A stretch of DNA of 64,000 bases from Eledone cirrhosa (lineage: Eukaryota): NCBI GenBank assembly GCA_964016885.1, contig OZ024740.1, positions 209,064,001 through 209,128,000 of the forward strand, given 5' to 3'. The notes under the pieces were generated by a model. That model saw only the letters and a list, made by a program, of their open reading frames with translations. It was not told the DNA's origin and did not search any database. This document shows positions 27,945-41,400 of this stretch, one piece after another (position 1 is the stretch's first letter; each line of letters opens with the position of its first letter). A program made the position numbers and the translations under genes.

Positions 27945-29990
27945 ATGGATTTCCCACCATTACCAATGTCTACAGGTATTAAAGCCGCCACCCCCACCAT
28001 CACAATGTCAAAAAGAACAATGAACACCACTGATACCACCACCACCACCAAAACAGCGACAAAAAAAAAAAAATATCTCGTGACATCGAAATGGATTCAC
28101 CCAGAATCGACTCTTCCACGCCGAACACCACCGACACCACCACCACCTCCACCACAACTGAAACTAAAAATAACAATAACAAATATAACAATAACAACAA
28201 CAGCAACAACAACAACAACAACAATGAGAATAACAACAACAACATCAACACCAGCGCAAAACAAAATGTGTCGTTTTCCAAAGCAGCCAAGAAAAGCGAA
28301 ACAATCGAGGTAAGCCAAGATGAATTAAATGAAGCCAAGCGAATGGTAAAAAAAGATGGGTACAGGGTCATCCCCCCCCCCTCCCTCCACCTAATAAAAT
28401 GGAGCATCGGCGCCTATGCACCGTGTCATATCGGACGATAAACACAAAATCACGCCGAGTGGAACGGGCATCCGAATCCCAAATACAAAAAGCTTTGGGA
28501 CATGTGAGGGCGAAAAAAACCACATCAGACGTGGGCAGAAATATGGAACTGTGGACGTGTTCTTTGGAACACCACAGGAAGCCAGAGAGCATTCCACCGC
28601 CCCATTAAGAAGTGATGACTTTACACTCGTCCCAAGCTATTGTGGTCAGAGACTCGTGAAGATCAGGGTGACCCACGTTCCACCGGCCATCGAAATTCCC
28701 TGGCTAATGGCTGCCGTCCTCGCCGGCATCGAGGCCAACACCACGATAATCGAAGTAACAAAAAAAAAGCAGGAGAACTGGTCCGGATCTGGGATGGAGC
28801 TCCTGATCCAAGCGGACCAAAAAACATTGAGGAAATTCCAGAGGTGATAGACTTCACTGACGGCAGCCAACTCACCATAATCGTTGCGGGTAGTAGGCCT
28901 AGGTGTGTCGTTTGTGGTGAAGGAACCCATTAAAGGCTTTCTGCCCTCAGGTTAAAAAGTTGAGGCCACCTCTCTTACCCACCCCAGTGACTCAACCATC
29001 AACACCACCAGCAGCAGAAATGGCAGCAACAACTGTAGTAGCAACAACAGTAGCAAAACCAACACCACCACCAACCTCCGCGCCAGAACTAGCACCAGCG
29101 CCTACACCATCCACCACGCCACAACCAAAACCAACGCCTGTGGAGGATTTTCCACTCCCCGACCTATCACAACTGGAGACAGATTGTGACGACGAGGAGT
29201 GGGAAACTGTATCAGGAAAAAAGAAAAAAAGAAAAAGAAGCCAATAAAGAAAAATTCCTCTTCCTTCCCCCTCCAAAAACAAAATACAGGAGGAAATAAA
29301 TAAACTAACAAACAAAAAAGTTAGGACAGCTATGCCACCATCCACACCAGCATCACCAACCCCATCACCACAAACACCAACACGATCACCATCATTAACC
29401 CCAACACCACCATCACCAACACCACAAAAGTCACCAAAAAGCGAAACAGAAACAAACCCACAACAAACGCAAACAAAACAAAACAACCAAAACGATACAC
29501 ACTACACAGCATTAAATTTGAACAACCAAAGGGCGTGGATTGGCAGTATCAGTAGAGGGTCGGACGCCATGCTTTCCAGCATAGTTACGTCCCTTTACGA
29601 TCTGAGTTCAAATCCCGCCGAGGTTGACTTTGCCTTTCATCCTTACGGGGTCGATAAAACAAAGAACCAGTAATGCACTTGGTAATTGCTGGCCTTGTGC
29701 CTAAAGTAGAAACAATTAAATTTGAACAACCAATTATTACACTACATCCAACACAACGCCAGCATCACAGAAAAAGACTACACAACACCCCAAAAATTCA
29801 CACCACCTCCACACATACAAATCACTCTCATCACACAGAAAACGTTCACGACAGTAAAATAAAAATTCCCCAAAGACATCGGAGACTTCCGACAAACAAT
29901 CGCCAGGAGGATTTATAAGGATATCCTTCCGGAGGAGGCCACAGGCAGTGAAAAGGATGTAAAAACCATCTTCCCCCTACGAAAAGTAAG
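27945..29990 (+). pseudogene. Tx1-like ORF1 (RRM-like region, CCHC knuckle, Pro/Thr-rich tail), frameshifted and interrupted by a SINE
   Basis: MDFPPLP start, VSFSKAAK, RPRCVVCGEGTH..C knuckle, EWETVSGKKKKRK. Confidence 0.7.
29530..29714 (+). mobile_element. Major SINE inserted in Tx1 ORF1 with 19-bp TSD
   Basis: ATTAAATTTGAACAACCAA at 29511-29529 and 29715-29733. Confidence 0.95.
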
Positions 29991-30029
29991 GTAAGTGGTC
30001 TTTCTCATCATTTTCCACTCCATTTCAAC

Positions 30030-33000
30030 ATGATCTCACTCAGAATAGGCAGCATAAATGCGCGTGACTTGGGGTCGTCATGCAAGCAGGGCCACCTGCT
30101 CAACGACCTCAGGTCACTAAACATAGATGTAGTGGCCATCAGCGAGACCAGAATCTCCGAAGCACGGGCTTTCGCACCGATCTTCGGCGGCTACGTTGTG
30201 TACGCATCCCCCAGCCGTCTTGGATCGGGGGGAGGAGTTGCTGTGCTTTTTCGGAGAGGTTTGGATCTCGCCGTTGGTGGTGCTGGACGTGACCAGCGGA
30301 GACGGGCAAGCTTTCAGGTTAGCGGCCGTCTATGCCCCGACAGGAGCAGGGCGACCTGATTTCTTCCGGCGTCTGGAGACCTTTCTTCGAACATCCCGCT
30401 TTTTAGTGTTAGTGGGCGACTGGAACGGAATCTTAAATGCACGCTGGGACTGTGTGCGATGAGCGGATGGGGGAGGAGGGTGCAAGAACCTCACCAACCT
30501 GCTCAGGCGTTTGGAACTGTCTGGCAGGTACCGATTGGATTTCCCGAATGTGCCAATGTGGACATGGACAAACCGCATCGGGTCATCCAGATCATATCTA
30601 GAATGAGTATTTTGTAGAGAAATAGGTCTAGCATAGGCTGTCCACAAATTCGTGATCTGTGTGGTTGACTTAGATAGGCTTCATAGACAAGGACTTGGCT
30701 ACTGGAAGCTAAACGCGTCATTAACAGCGCGCAAGGCCTACAGAGACTGGATTAGCTAACTAGTTAAGCGGGCGTTGACGGGGGCCATCGTCAACAACAA
30801 ATGGTGGTTTGCTCTGAAAAGAGCGATTAGAATAGAGTTCATTAGGTTTAGTAAGGCTTTAGCAATAGAGAAAAATAGAGCAGAGGGAGAACTAGTTAGA
30901 AAATTAAACGAGGCACTTAGCAAAGGAATCGCGACCGACGTATTTGCAGCGAAATTGGCCCTTGACCAATTCTTCAATGCAAAGCACGAAGGCTGCGTTG
31001 TCAGAGATAGGGTGCGTGCTCTCAGACACAAGGGGACGAAAGCCGTTCAATGGGCCCGAGTGGCGGAGGCGCGTCGTGGAAAAAAAGCCACGATCCGGTC
31101 TTTAGTGGACCACGACGGGTGCATGCTACTCGATCCCGGGCAAATGTGTGAAGCTTTTCAGCGACACTTCGCTCAGCTGTTCGGGGGCAGCGGTGGTCCG
31201 GATCGAGGGGTGGACTTTAGTGTCTACCTCGACGGACTGCCGCGGCTCTTGGCCACTGAGGCTGAGTGTTGCGAAAAGCCGATAACAGCAGCTGAAATAC
31301 GGGAGGCAATGACTGATTGCACATGGGGTAAATCGCCTAGTTTGGATGGTCTGCCCTATGAACTTTACGTACATATGCCAGCCTTGTACGGAGGCCTCTT
31401 GGCGGACGTCTACTGCAACTGGCAACAGAACGGGAGAATTCCCAGCTCTGTGAGCCGAGGAGCGGTGGCGCTGCTGAGAAAGGATCCGAACAAGGGGGAT
31501 AACATAGATAATTTCAGGCCCATAACTCTGCTAAACACAGAGTTCAAGATTTTGGTCAAGGAGCTAGCAAAGAGGTTGACGCTTGTCGTTGGTGGTCTGG
31601 TGGGAGAGGCGCAGACATGCGCCATTCCCGACAGATACATCCACTACAACCTCCACCTCATGCGATACATCGTAGAGAGGGTAGCTAGTGAACCTGGCAT
31701 GGGTGGGTCCTTGATCAATTTAGATCAGTCGAAAGCTTTCGATAGGGTCGACCATCGTTATCTGGCGGCAGTCCTGAGGGCGGCTGGCTTTGGGCCCGTC
31801 TTCAGAGGCTGGATCGCTGCCATGCACAGCGACATCTGCTCTGTGGTGAGAGTGAACGGTCACCTTTCGGAACCGTTCAACATCATGCGCTCGGTCCGCC
31901 AAGGATGTCCCCTCTCGTCCCTCTTGTACGTATTGACTCTCGAGCCATTACTGCACAAACTGGAGACGTTGAGGGAGGTCCCGGGCGAACTAGGATGCGG
32001 AAGATCCGTGTCAGCATATGCGGACGATGTCACCGTAGTGGTGTCGAACGCCAAACAAATCGAGGCGATCGGCACTACACTAAGAGAATACGAAGCGGTG
32101 ACATGAGCAATGATCAACCAGGAAAAGTCGGTGGGCCTGCAGCTCGGCACCTGGAGGGGCAGGTCCATGCCGTCCAACAGCGTCGTCGGATGCTGGACGG
32201 ACGGACTGGTTAAATTGTTAGGGGTCTGGTTCGGTCCGGACCACCAGACGGACAAAAACTGGGACGAGGTGACGAGCAGGGTGGCTTCTCTCACCCGGGA
32301 ATGGGCGGAGTGGAAGCTATCCCTGAAAGGTCAAGCGGAGGTGGCTAACGCGTACATCGCGTCCGTCATCTGCTACCGCCTGACCGTCGTGCCTTGTCCT
32401 AAGCCTCGCCTGACTGCGCTGGAGCGTTTGCTCTTTAGCTTTTTGTGGAAGGGACGCGCTCCGATGGTCAGGCGGTCAATCTGCAGTCAACACCCGCTAC
32501 GTGGAGGGCTGGGCATGCCGTGGCTGATGATGCGCAGGCACGCGCTCAGGCTACGACATCTCCACCTCTTCCTCGACGGTGATCAGGTGTGGTCGCCATT
32601 TGCTAGACGCGTCTTTCCCCAGCTCGTTTCCTTGACGGAGCTGCAGTCCTGGGTCAAGCGAAGACCGAGAGGGAGCGCTTGGAGACTGGAATGTCTTCAG
32701 GCGCTCACAGCCCTCGACCAATCGGGCAATGTGGTCGGTGGAAACTCCACCTTGGAGTTCTATAGAGGATTAGTGGAGAAGAGCGACGACGCAATTGGGG
32801 AAACTCTAGGCGTCGACGGAAATCAACTAGCCAATCTCTTCGGAAGAACTTTCGGGCCGGGCCTATGGACAACTTTCAGAAATCCCTGGCCTGGCAGTGC
32901 TACCGAGGAGCTTTTCCAGTTCGGGATAAACTCGAGATGCGCGCAGGGCGACGAAACCGTCGTGCACGCACTCGTCCAGTGTCCGAGCATTGCTGACTTG

Positions 33001-33344
33001 AGGGTTTATGTCGAACACCTGCTGTCGCGTGTAGGACGGATCCAGCTATCAGCTGAGTCCATCGTGAGGATTTCCCACCCTCTTCCTTTAGCCGGGAAGG
33101 GCAGGCAATTTTTATCTGTCTGGTGGCCATGGTGAAAGAGATAGTATGGTGGACGCGTTTGAAAGGGCTGAAGACGAGCACTTAACTCTTCGGTGATGCC
33201 CTGATTAACTTTTTCAAATTTCATTTGAAAAGGAAAATCAGGGTAGAGAGGGAAGTGCTCTCTTCCCAGCATTTTGTTGAAAGATGGGTGAGAGAGGCAA
33301 GAATGGCCCGTGTGAATGGGCCTACTCTGAGTATGTGCCTGTAA
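30030..33344 (+). pseudogene. Tx1-like ORF2: AP endonuclease and reverse transcriptase
   Basis: GSINAR..ISETR, VYAP, VGDWN; KSPSLDGLPYELY, NFRPITLLN, LDQSKAFDRVDH, VRQGCPLS, SAYADD; ETVVHALVQCP; several stops and frameshifts. Confidence 0.93.
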
Positions 33345-33598
33345 ATTGAAGGTGGAAAACTGGCAGAGGGCACTTGCCCTGGTGGTCAGGGTCACCGTGG
33401 ATTTTTTTTAATGGTCTTTCTCCACGAATGTCCCTCGGAAGTCTCCCCCCCCCCCCCCATTGGGGAATTTTTCATTGTTTCTTTATTTGTTACATCCTCT
33501 GTTTTTTGTCTTTTTTACACGCAGAAATGCCCATTTGTACCGTCCTGTACTGTCCTTAATGTCTACTTTGTGTCAACCCTTGTGGTTAATAAAGAAAG

Positions 33599-33680
<82 letters not shown>

Positions 33681-33692
33681 AGTGTGTGTGTG

Positions 33693-33736
<44 letters not shown>

Positions 33737-33825
33737 TATGTAAAAATGTAACAAAAAATCATAAACCAAACGACACAGTACAATGAAGGAACATATAATT
33801 TAGAGCGTGAAATAACATCAAGAGA

Positions 33826-33863
33826 GTTTTAACGTTTCGGACACTAGTTCTTCATCAGAAGAG
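33826..33863 (-). ncRNA. Minimal type I hammerhead ribozyme
   Basis: Minus strand: CTCTT-CTGATGA-aGAAC-TAGT-GTCC-GAAAC-GTT-AAAA. Confidence 0.7.
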
Positions 33864-34337
33864 ATAGAATGAGAAATAAAAGATGAAATAGAAAGATAAA
33901 GAGTGAAAAGAGGAAGGCACGGAAAGCAAAATTAGAAAAAAGAAAACACGCGCATATTCACACACACACACACACACACACACAAACACCCCCCCCCCCC
34001 CACACACACACACATATTTAAAACGACAACAGAAGGCCGTACTGGAAGATATGTTGTAAATTTTAATTCCGTGAAATCATTATACATATTTCAATGGCCC
34101 AGCTCCATCATCTAATTATGATGCGAGACCGTCCTGTCTGGCATCATAATTGGATGATGGAACCTTCTATTGTCGTTTTAAATACCTTACTCTGTTTCCT
34201 GCGCCAACCACAATGGATGACGTCCGTAATGTCGAGTGCTTTGAAAATTCGTTGCTTCATGATTGCTACCAGAACTACCAGTTCTACAATTAGCTGATCA
34301 AAATAACTTAATGGTATATATATATATATCTATCTAT

Positions 34338-34615
34338 CCCGAGTGAATGGGCCTTCTCTCTATATCAGCCTGTAGGTTGAGGAAAAAGAGGAAGAGAGGA
34401 AAGAGGTACAAACTCTTCGTACTCCTGGAGATGAAGGTTGCACATTTTTTCGTGGGTATGTGTTACCCATATGAACTGTCTCCCCCTATTGGGGAAAATC
34501 GACTAATTTTTTAAATTGCATTTGTGATAATATTTTACACGTTTTTATTGTATGTAAACTTCCCCCTTTGTATTTGTCCCCTTCTTTAGTGCCCCTGTGG
34601 CTAATAAAGAAACAT
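34338..34615 (+). mobile_element. Extremely 5'-truncated copy of a related Tx1 family
   Basis: CCCGAGTGAATGGGCC..GCCTGTAG matches the ORF2 end at 33307-33344; 3' end GTGGCTAATAAAGAAA matches 33582-33598; TATCTATC on both flanks. Confidence 0.75.
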
Positions 34616-34620
34616 ATCTA

Positions 34621-34679
<59 letters not shown>

Positions 34680-34994
34680 ATGCACGCGTGTTTTTTTTTC
34701 TAACCCGCATATCTGATGAGACGTCGAAAAAGAGTCGAGCCCCCTCATCTTGATTGTACCCTGAGCTGATCGATATCGAAGCAATTATAATTTGATAAAG
34801 TTTGTACATATGCTGCAACATTGTTTTCGATTCTTTTAAATATATATTTGCGTGTGTGTGTATCCCGGGTCCAATCGGGATTTCCATGATGATTTCCTTG
34901 GAATGAAACAATTCTAGTCCTGTAGAAGCCATTTCTATATTAAATATATACGGGCGCATTTACCTGCAACCCTACAACAACTATATATATATAT

Positions 34995-35620
34995 ATATTG
35001 TTATACTTTGGGAGGGTCATGTTGCCAATAAGAAACACACGCCCCAGTTGCTTTCACTTCAATTTATTATAAATTTATAAATTTATGAATTTATAAATTT
35101 CCGGTTGGTTGGTTGGTTCCACAACCAGATGGTTGTTTATATATATTGTCAAAGTTCTTTCGTCACACATTCTGTGACCTCTTCAGTGACTGGGGATTCT
35201 TTTCTTTGTTTTTGTGCCTCTCCTTTGTTCTGTCCTACGCCATCTTGTTTCTCTTGTTTTTGTGCCTCTCCTTTGTTCTGTCCTACGCCATCTTGTTTCT
35301 CTTGAGAAACAAGATGGCGTAGGACAGAACAACGGAGAGGCACAAAAACAAAGAAAAGAATCCCCAGTCACTGAAGAGGTCACAGAATGTGTGACGAAAG
35401 AACTTTGACAATATATAAACAACTATCTGGTTGTGGAACCAACCAACCAACCGGAAATTTATAAATTCCTAAATTTATAAATTTATTATAATAAATTGAA
35501 GTGAAAGCAACTGGTGCGTGTGTTTCTTATTGGCAACATGACTCTCCCAAAGTATAACAATATCGGTTTCAACACACGTTTTCAGATAAAGAATCTTGCT
35601 AAACAAATACAGAAACGAAA
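34995..35620. mobile_element. Fold-back PLE-like terminal repeat with hammerheads on both strands (35148-35190 minus, 35367-35409 plus)
   Basis: 34995-35302 is the reverse complement of 35304-35563 apart from a ~45-bp tandem duplication in the left arm. Confidence 0.8.
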
Positions 35621-35623
35621 TAT

Positions 35624-35660
<37 letters not shown>

Positions 35661-36575
35661 ATTTATGTTAGGTTGTTTACCACTGGGTAGAACTGGTGAT
35701 TCTTGTTGTTTAACGATCATGCAACGAATTAATTAAAACACTCAATGTTATGCAAGTCATCCATCGTAAATATGGTATCCAGTGGTTAGTGCAGGAACGG
35801 AGTAAAGTAGTCATTAAAACAACAACAGCAGGCCAGGCTGGAAGAATTGCTTTAGAATTTTGGTGTCACGAAATCGCTATACATATTTCGATGGCCCAGT
35901 TCCATCATCTGATTATGATGCAAGACAAGGTGATCTCATCAGGTGTACAGAATTATGTAACAGGATTACGTTGAACCCAAACATATGGAAGATAGGGAAA
36001 ATAGAAAATAGAAAATTCGATTCGAGGACCGCCTGCAAATATATTGTTATATTGATTGCAGACAGTCCCCGAATGACACCCGATGCCAGCTTTGTGGGCT
36101 CTTAGGGTTGATGGAGGGGTTAGAGGCGGCTAAGTGGCGACATAGATACATCCGTCTTAGAGAATGTCACTCTTTAATTATAGTTGTGGCTACACTGTCG
36201 CAGAGATCAAAAGATATTAATCTATTGGTTATATTTCAGACAAGTCAGTCTACCATGACGGTATTTAAAGGGGAGCAGAACTATGTAAAGAGATAGAAAA
36301 AGATGATAATAATATCGCCTAGAAAAGAATAAGGTTGTAACAAGATGCTAACAATTATAAGGTTGTAAGGCTGCATTAATAATGATTTCTTTCATTAATA
36401 ATAAGACTTATAAGATTAAGGAATCTTCGCAAGTTTACTAGAACTTGTTAAATAAAGGCAGTTATTTTTTATTATTTTATTATTCTGAAATTAAAAAAAA
36501 TCTGCTTTTATTTAATACTACTAAAATTTGAAAGTTCGGAGAAAATCCTTTAGTTTCAATCGTATTATTCATCTT

Positions 36576-36760
36576 GTGGATTGGCAGTATAGGTAGAGGG
36601 TCACCATTCTTTGCAGCATAGAGATATGGCCCTTTACGTTCTGAGTTCAAATCCCGCGGAAGTTAATTTTGCCTTTCGTCCTTACGGGGTCGATAGAATA
36701 AAGAACCAGTAAAGCACTGGGGTAATTGCTGGCCTTGTCCCAAAAGTAGAAACAACTATT
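36576..36760 (+). mobile_element. Major SINE copy
   Basis: Consensus match. Confidence 0.9.
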
Positions 36761-36793
36761 TATCTTATCAATACATTATTTTGAAAATGTAAG

Positions 36794-37097
36794 TATGAGG
36801 CCTGTCGAAAAAGTATGACTTTATTTTATTTTATTTTTATTTTTTCGTGGGGAGTTTAAACGTTAGACAAAAATGTGCAGAATGGAGCCGCATACATTCA
36901 TGCATATATATATGTTGTTTTGGCGAGTTCACAGGATGCGCCAGTCGCTGTAAGGCAGCCATCGTGTAAGGTGATGTATTACTTACTCGTTGCGCTTTCA
37001 TGTCGCCCTATACTGCTAACAAAAACACCATATTCCTGAATACCGTGATAACTTGAGATAAGACATGGGTGTATGGGTACAATCCAGAAACCAAAGC
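36794..37097 (+). mobile_element. Mariner transposon fragment
   Basis: TIR-like TATGAGGCCTGTCGAAAAAGT; FLNTVIT*DKTWVYGYNPETKA matches mariner ITGDETWVYGYDPETK. Confidence 0.8.
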
Positions 37098-38290
37098 TGA
37101 TGGTGAACTTCTATACCACCTAGACTTCGCAGATGACATCATTCTAATAGCCCATACATCACAAGAATTGGAGGAGATCCTCAATGCTATCTACACCATG
37201 GGTTAGCCAGTAGGTTTAGACATCCGTTTTGGGAAAACCGCGCTAAACCATCACCAGTTATTGTGGATCGAAAGACCATCGAGGAAGTAGACAGGTATTT
37301 CTACTTCGGAAAGAAGGTTGCAAGAGATGATGCTCTACTTCCGGAGGTCAAAAGAAAGATTGTGCTTAGCTGGGCAGCTTTTGGAAAAGTTTATAACATC
37401 ATCAGAAGTCCCAAATCAACAACCGAAGCCAAAAGAAAGCTGTTTAATGAAGATGTTCTAGTGGTGATGACACCTGGAAGGGATACGTGGGCACTCAACA
37501 CCACCACTACAGAAACTCTTGCAGTGGCCCAACGTAAAATGGAGCGAATCATGCTCGGCATCGTTTTGCATGACAGGAAGAGCAACATCTGGATTCGACA
37601 ACTGACTGGCGGGAAGAACATAATTGTTTCTACGTCCAGCAATTACTCAGTACATTACTGGTACTTTATTTTATCGACTCCGTAAGGATGAAAGGCAAAG
37701 TTAACCTCGGCGGGATTTGAACTCAGAATGGCAAGGACCGTAACTCTATACGTCAAAGCATGGCGTCCGACCCTCTACCGATACTGCCAATCTACCGCCC
37801 TGGCGGCAAGAACATAATGGTTTCTTATTTCGGCACAAGGCCAGTAATTTGGGAGGAGGGGAAAGTCGATTAAATCGACCCCAGTGTGTGACTGGTTCTT
37901 TATTTTATCGACCTTATATGGATGAAAGGCAAAGTTAACCTCGGCGGGATTTGAACTCAGATCATAAAGAGCCGTAACTCTATGCTGCAAAGCATGGCGT
38001 CCGACCCTCTACCGATACTGCCAATCCACCACCCTGGCGGCAAGAACATAATGAAGATCACCAAGAAGGGCAAATATAGTGGGGTTGGCCACATCTCTCA
38101 TTTCAGAGACAACAGGTGGACTATTAGAGTGACAGTGTGGACACCAAGGCAGTGAGGAACTAAAGGACGACCAAAGGCCAGATAGCGTGATTATCTGACC
38201 CGATGTCTCGGCTCCACATGGCCAGAGATAGGAAGCGATGGAGGTCAACCAGAGAGGGTTTCTTCCAACTGGAGCAAGAAGGTCTGGATT
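37098..38290 (+). mobile_element. 5'-truncated RTE LINE interrupted by two SINEs
   Basis: LYHLDFADDIILIA, EEVDRYFYFG, AQRKMERIMLG; resumes after 38052 with VGHISHFRDNRWTIRVTVW..GRP. Confidence 0.88.
37625..38034 (-). mobile_element. Two major SINE copies in tandem (37625-37800, 37819-38034)
   Basis: Both are reverse-complement consensus matches and share a triplicated 18-bp target site. Confidence 0.92.
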
Positions 38291-38299
38291 TTCAATTTA

Positions 38300-38333
<34 letters not shown>

Positions 38334-38338
<5 letters not shown>

Positions 38339-38452
38339 AACGAGTAGGACCCCGACGGCTGAGCTCAAGCCGTTTCGACGGCTAATTCTGGCGTCCAGAA
38401 TTAGCCGTCGAAACGGCTTGAGCTCAGCCGTCGGGGTCCTACTCGTTCCTAT
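38334..38452. repeat. Perfect palindrome, 58-bp arms, 3-nt loop
   Basis: Base-by-base reverse-complement match; contains the HHR 3' half GAAACGGCT-TGAGCTC-AGCCGTC. Confidence 0.95.
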
Positions 38453-38814
38453 TACCCACTCTACTACTCTAAGTATTGAGTACTTTGGTGCGTTATGGTC
38501 CACCTGGTTCCTTACCACATTTCCTTCGTTATATATATATATAGATAGATAGATATATATACAGTATATACTGAAAGGGGTGTGTTATGTATACACGTAC
38601 ATAGATACATAGAAAGGTCAAACATTAACTGATTGAGCACTCAGTTCATATGAGTGGAATATAAAGTGTTGTTTTCCGAAGAAAATGGTGGCAGTGATTT
38701 CAAAGTTTTGGTGATTCTGATTCGATTTCTAGGTAGCCTCCTCCGCACAAACACACATGTTTTGTTACACTCCCCTTCACCAATAGCCCTTGTAGGAAAT
38801 AAAGGAAATTATCA

Positions 38815-40080
38815 TATAGGGTGGTGGCTTGGTAGAATCTTTAGCCCATCGAAAATTCAAATGCTGCCGAGGTCAATTGTACTTTTCATTCTTCCAGAGT
38901 CGATAAAATAACGTACTATTTAATTACTGGAGATCGATATAATTGTCTCTCCACTTCACCCCAAATTACTGGTCTTGTACATAAAATATAAATTATTCTT
39001 AAGGGTGGCACTACGGCGGTGGATTGGTAGAGTCGGCAGAACTTCGGACAAATGCTTAAACGTAGTTTTTCTGGCTTGTTACATTCAAATCACACTGAGG
39101 TCAACTTTGCCGTTCGTCCTTCTGAGATCAATAAAATAAAGTACCAGTCAAATACTTGAGGTCAATATAATAGACTTTTCTTCCACCTAACCTGCTGGCC
39201 TTCTGCCAAAATTAGAGATCGTTATTAAGGGTGGTAAGGGCGGTGGATTGGTAGAATTGGTAGAGCGTCAGACACCATGCTTTTTAGCATAGAGTTACGG
39301 TCCTTTACGTTCTGAGTTCAAATCCCACCGAGTTTATCATTGCCTTTCATCCTTACGGGGTCGATAAAATAAAGTACCAGTAATGCACTGAGGTCGATTT
39401 AATCGACTTTCCCCTCCCCCAAAATTGCTGACCCTGTGCCTATAGTAGAAATCATTATTAAGGGTGGTGGATTGGCAGTATCGGTAGAGCGTCGGACATG
39501 CTTCGCAGCATAGAGTTATGGCCTTTTACGTTCTGAGTTCAAATACCGCCAAGGTTAGCTTTGCCTTTCATCCTTATAGGGTCAATAAAATAAAGTACCA
39601 GTGACGCACTGGCGTCGATTTAATCGATTTTCTCCTCCCTCCAAATCGTTAGCCTTGTCTTAATCAGAAACCCTAAATACTGCAGAGCGTCGGACAAAAT
39701 GTCCGTAAAGGCCCTTTACGTTCTGAGTTCAAATCCCGCCGAGGTTAGCTTTACCTTTCATCTTTATGGGGTCGTTAAAATCAAGTACCAGTAACGCACT
39801 GGAGTCGATTCAGTCGACTTCCCCCTTCCCTTCAAATTGCTGGCCTTGTGCCAAATGTAGAAACCATTAAGGGTGATAGTTTGGCAGAATGGTTAGCGCG
39901 TTGAACAAAGTGCTTCGTGGTATTTGTTCTGTTTCTTTATCTTCTTAGTTCAAAACCCGCTGATGTCAGTTTTGCCCAACTTCCTCCGGGGGCAAAAAAT
40001 AATAAAGTACCAGTTAAATACTAGGATCTATTTAAACGACTTTTCCCATCCCTCAAATTACTGGCCTTGTGTCAAAATGG
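38815..40080 (+). mobile_element. Head-to-tail cluster of about six major-family SINE copies of different ages
   Basis: Repeated GGTGGATTGG..GTTCAAAT..AAAGTACCAG..GGCCTTGTG units. Confidence 0.88.
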
Positions 40081-40454
40081 TAGCAGTGGTGGTGATGGTA
40101 GTGACGTTACATACGTCTTGTATTACGAGATATTCCCTTCATCTGTCGACTTCTGCAGCTTCCCACAGGCTGGCTCCCTCAACCGGTGCTGATTATTATC
40201 GATGCTACGAGTACATGTGAGTGCCTGAGTGTACAAACGAGAGAAAAGATATACGAGATACACATTCATTCGAAGCTGTTGATTTCCTTCCCCGCTACTT
40301 TTAGTTTTCCGCTTCTGTGCCCTTCATTTAAGTAAACTCACAGGGGCGAGGACCTTGAAGTAGTGAATCATCAAGGTTGAGGGTATATATATATATATAT
40401 ATATTATGAAATAGTGTGTTCTTCTTGCTCATAATAATTTCTACACTTTTCATT

Positions 40455-40485
<31 letters not shown>

Positions 40486-41400
40486 ATACAAATATCAACG
40501 AATCTGAGAGAAAGAGAGAGAGACAAAGAGCGGGAAGGAGAGATGTGTGTGCGTGTGCAAATATAAACACATCTTATACATATATTTATGGGTTCGGTTG
40601 TGCAAACGGGAGCACGAAACTCCTGGCCTTTGAGTTACTAGTACTGCTTCACAGCTAGGGTATGTGTGTGTGAAGAAAATTAACATGTTTTAAGTATATA
40701 TTATTTATGAACACTCACAGACATACATAAAATACACCCGGAAGCACAAAACCATATGTGCATAGTTACTTAAATTGGCATAAACAAAACAAAAAAAAAA
40801 CGAAAACTTTTATCAGGCAATATAATATATATATATATATACATTCCTTGATGTTAATTACAGTGATTTGTTTATTAACTACAATAGTTGCTCCCTTTTC
40901 TTACTTTTTACTATTAAAGGCGATTTGAAATAAACATGAGAAATTCAATTCATGACTTATAGTGACGTCACTATCTATCACCAAGACAATTTGTGGTTTT
41001 TTAGTTTTAGCTATTGATATAGGCCAATCGACTATACATACACCTCCCTCCGATAATTTGTAGTCTTGTGCTTATTATTGAAATCGATATAGACCTATGT
41101 TTTCCATAAAGGTACAAGAGCAACGTAGCTAGTATAATTTCCTTCGTATATATTTTTGGTTTGGCTTAATTGCAGCTAAACAAGCCGTCGCAATTCCTTC
41201 ACATGGTCTATTCAATTTAGTTCCTCGTTGCCTTGTTCACTCACTCACTCAATACTTCATGCTTTCTTTCCCGCGCGTATCCCCCTTCCTCTCTCGTTGT
41301 CTCTCTATCTTTCATCACCAAACACACTCACCTTCGTACACACAGATATACCTTGGAATGAGGAGTATGAAGTAGGCAGCAGTCCCGCATTGATGTTTAT

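Larger units (their letters stand above)
27578..33600 (+). mobile_element. Near full-length Tx1/L1-clade non-LTR retrotransposon (disrupted)
   Basis: ORF1 remnants, ORF2 with APE + RT + C-terminal Cys/His motif, 3' UTR with AATAAA and (ATT)n tail; the 5' boundary is approximate. Confidence 0.9.
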
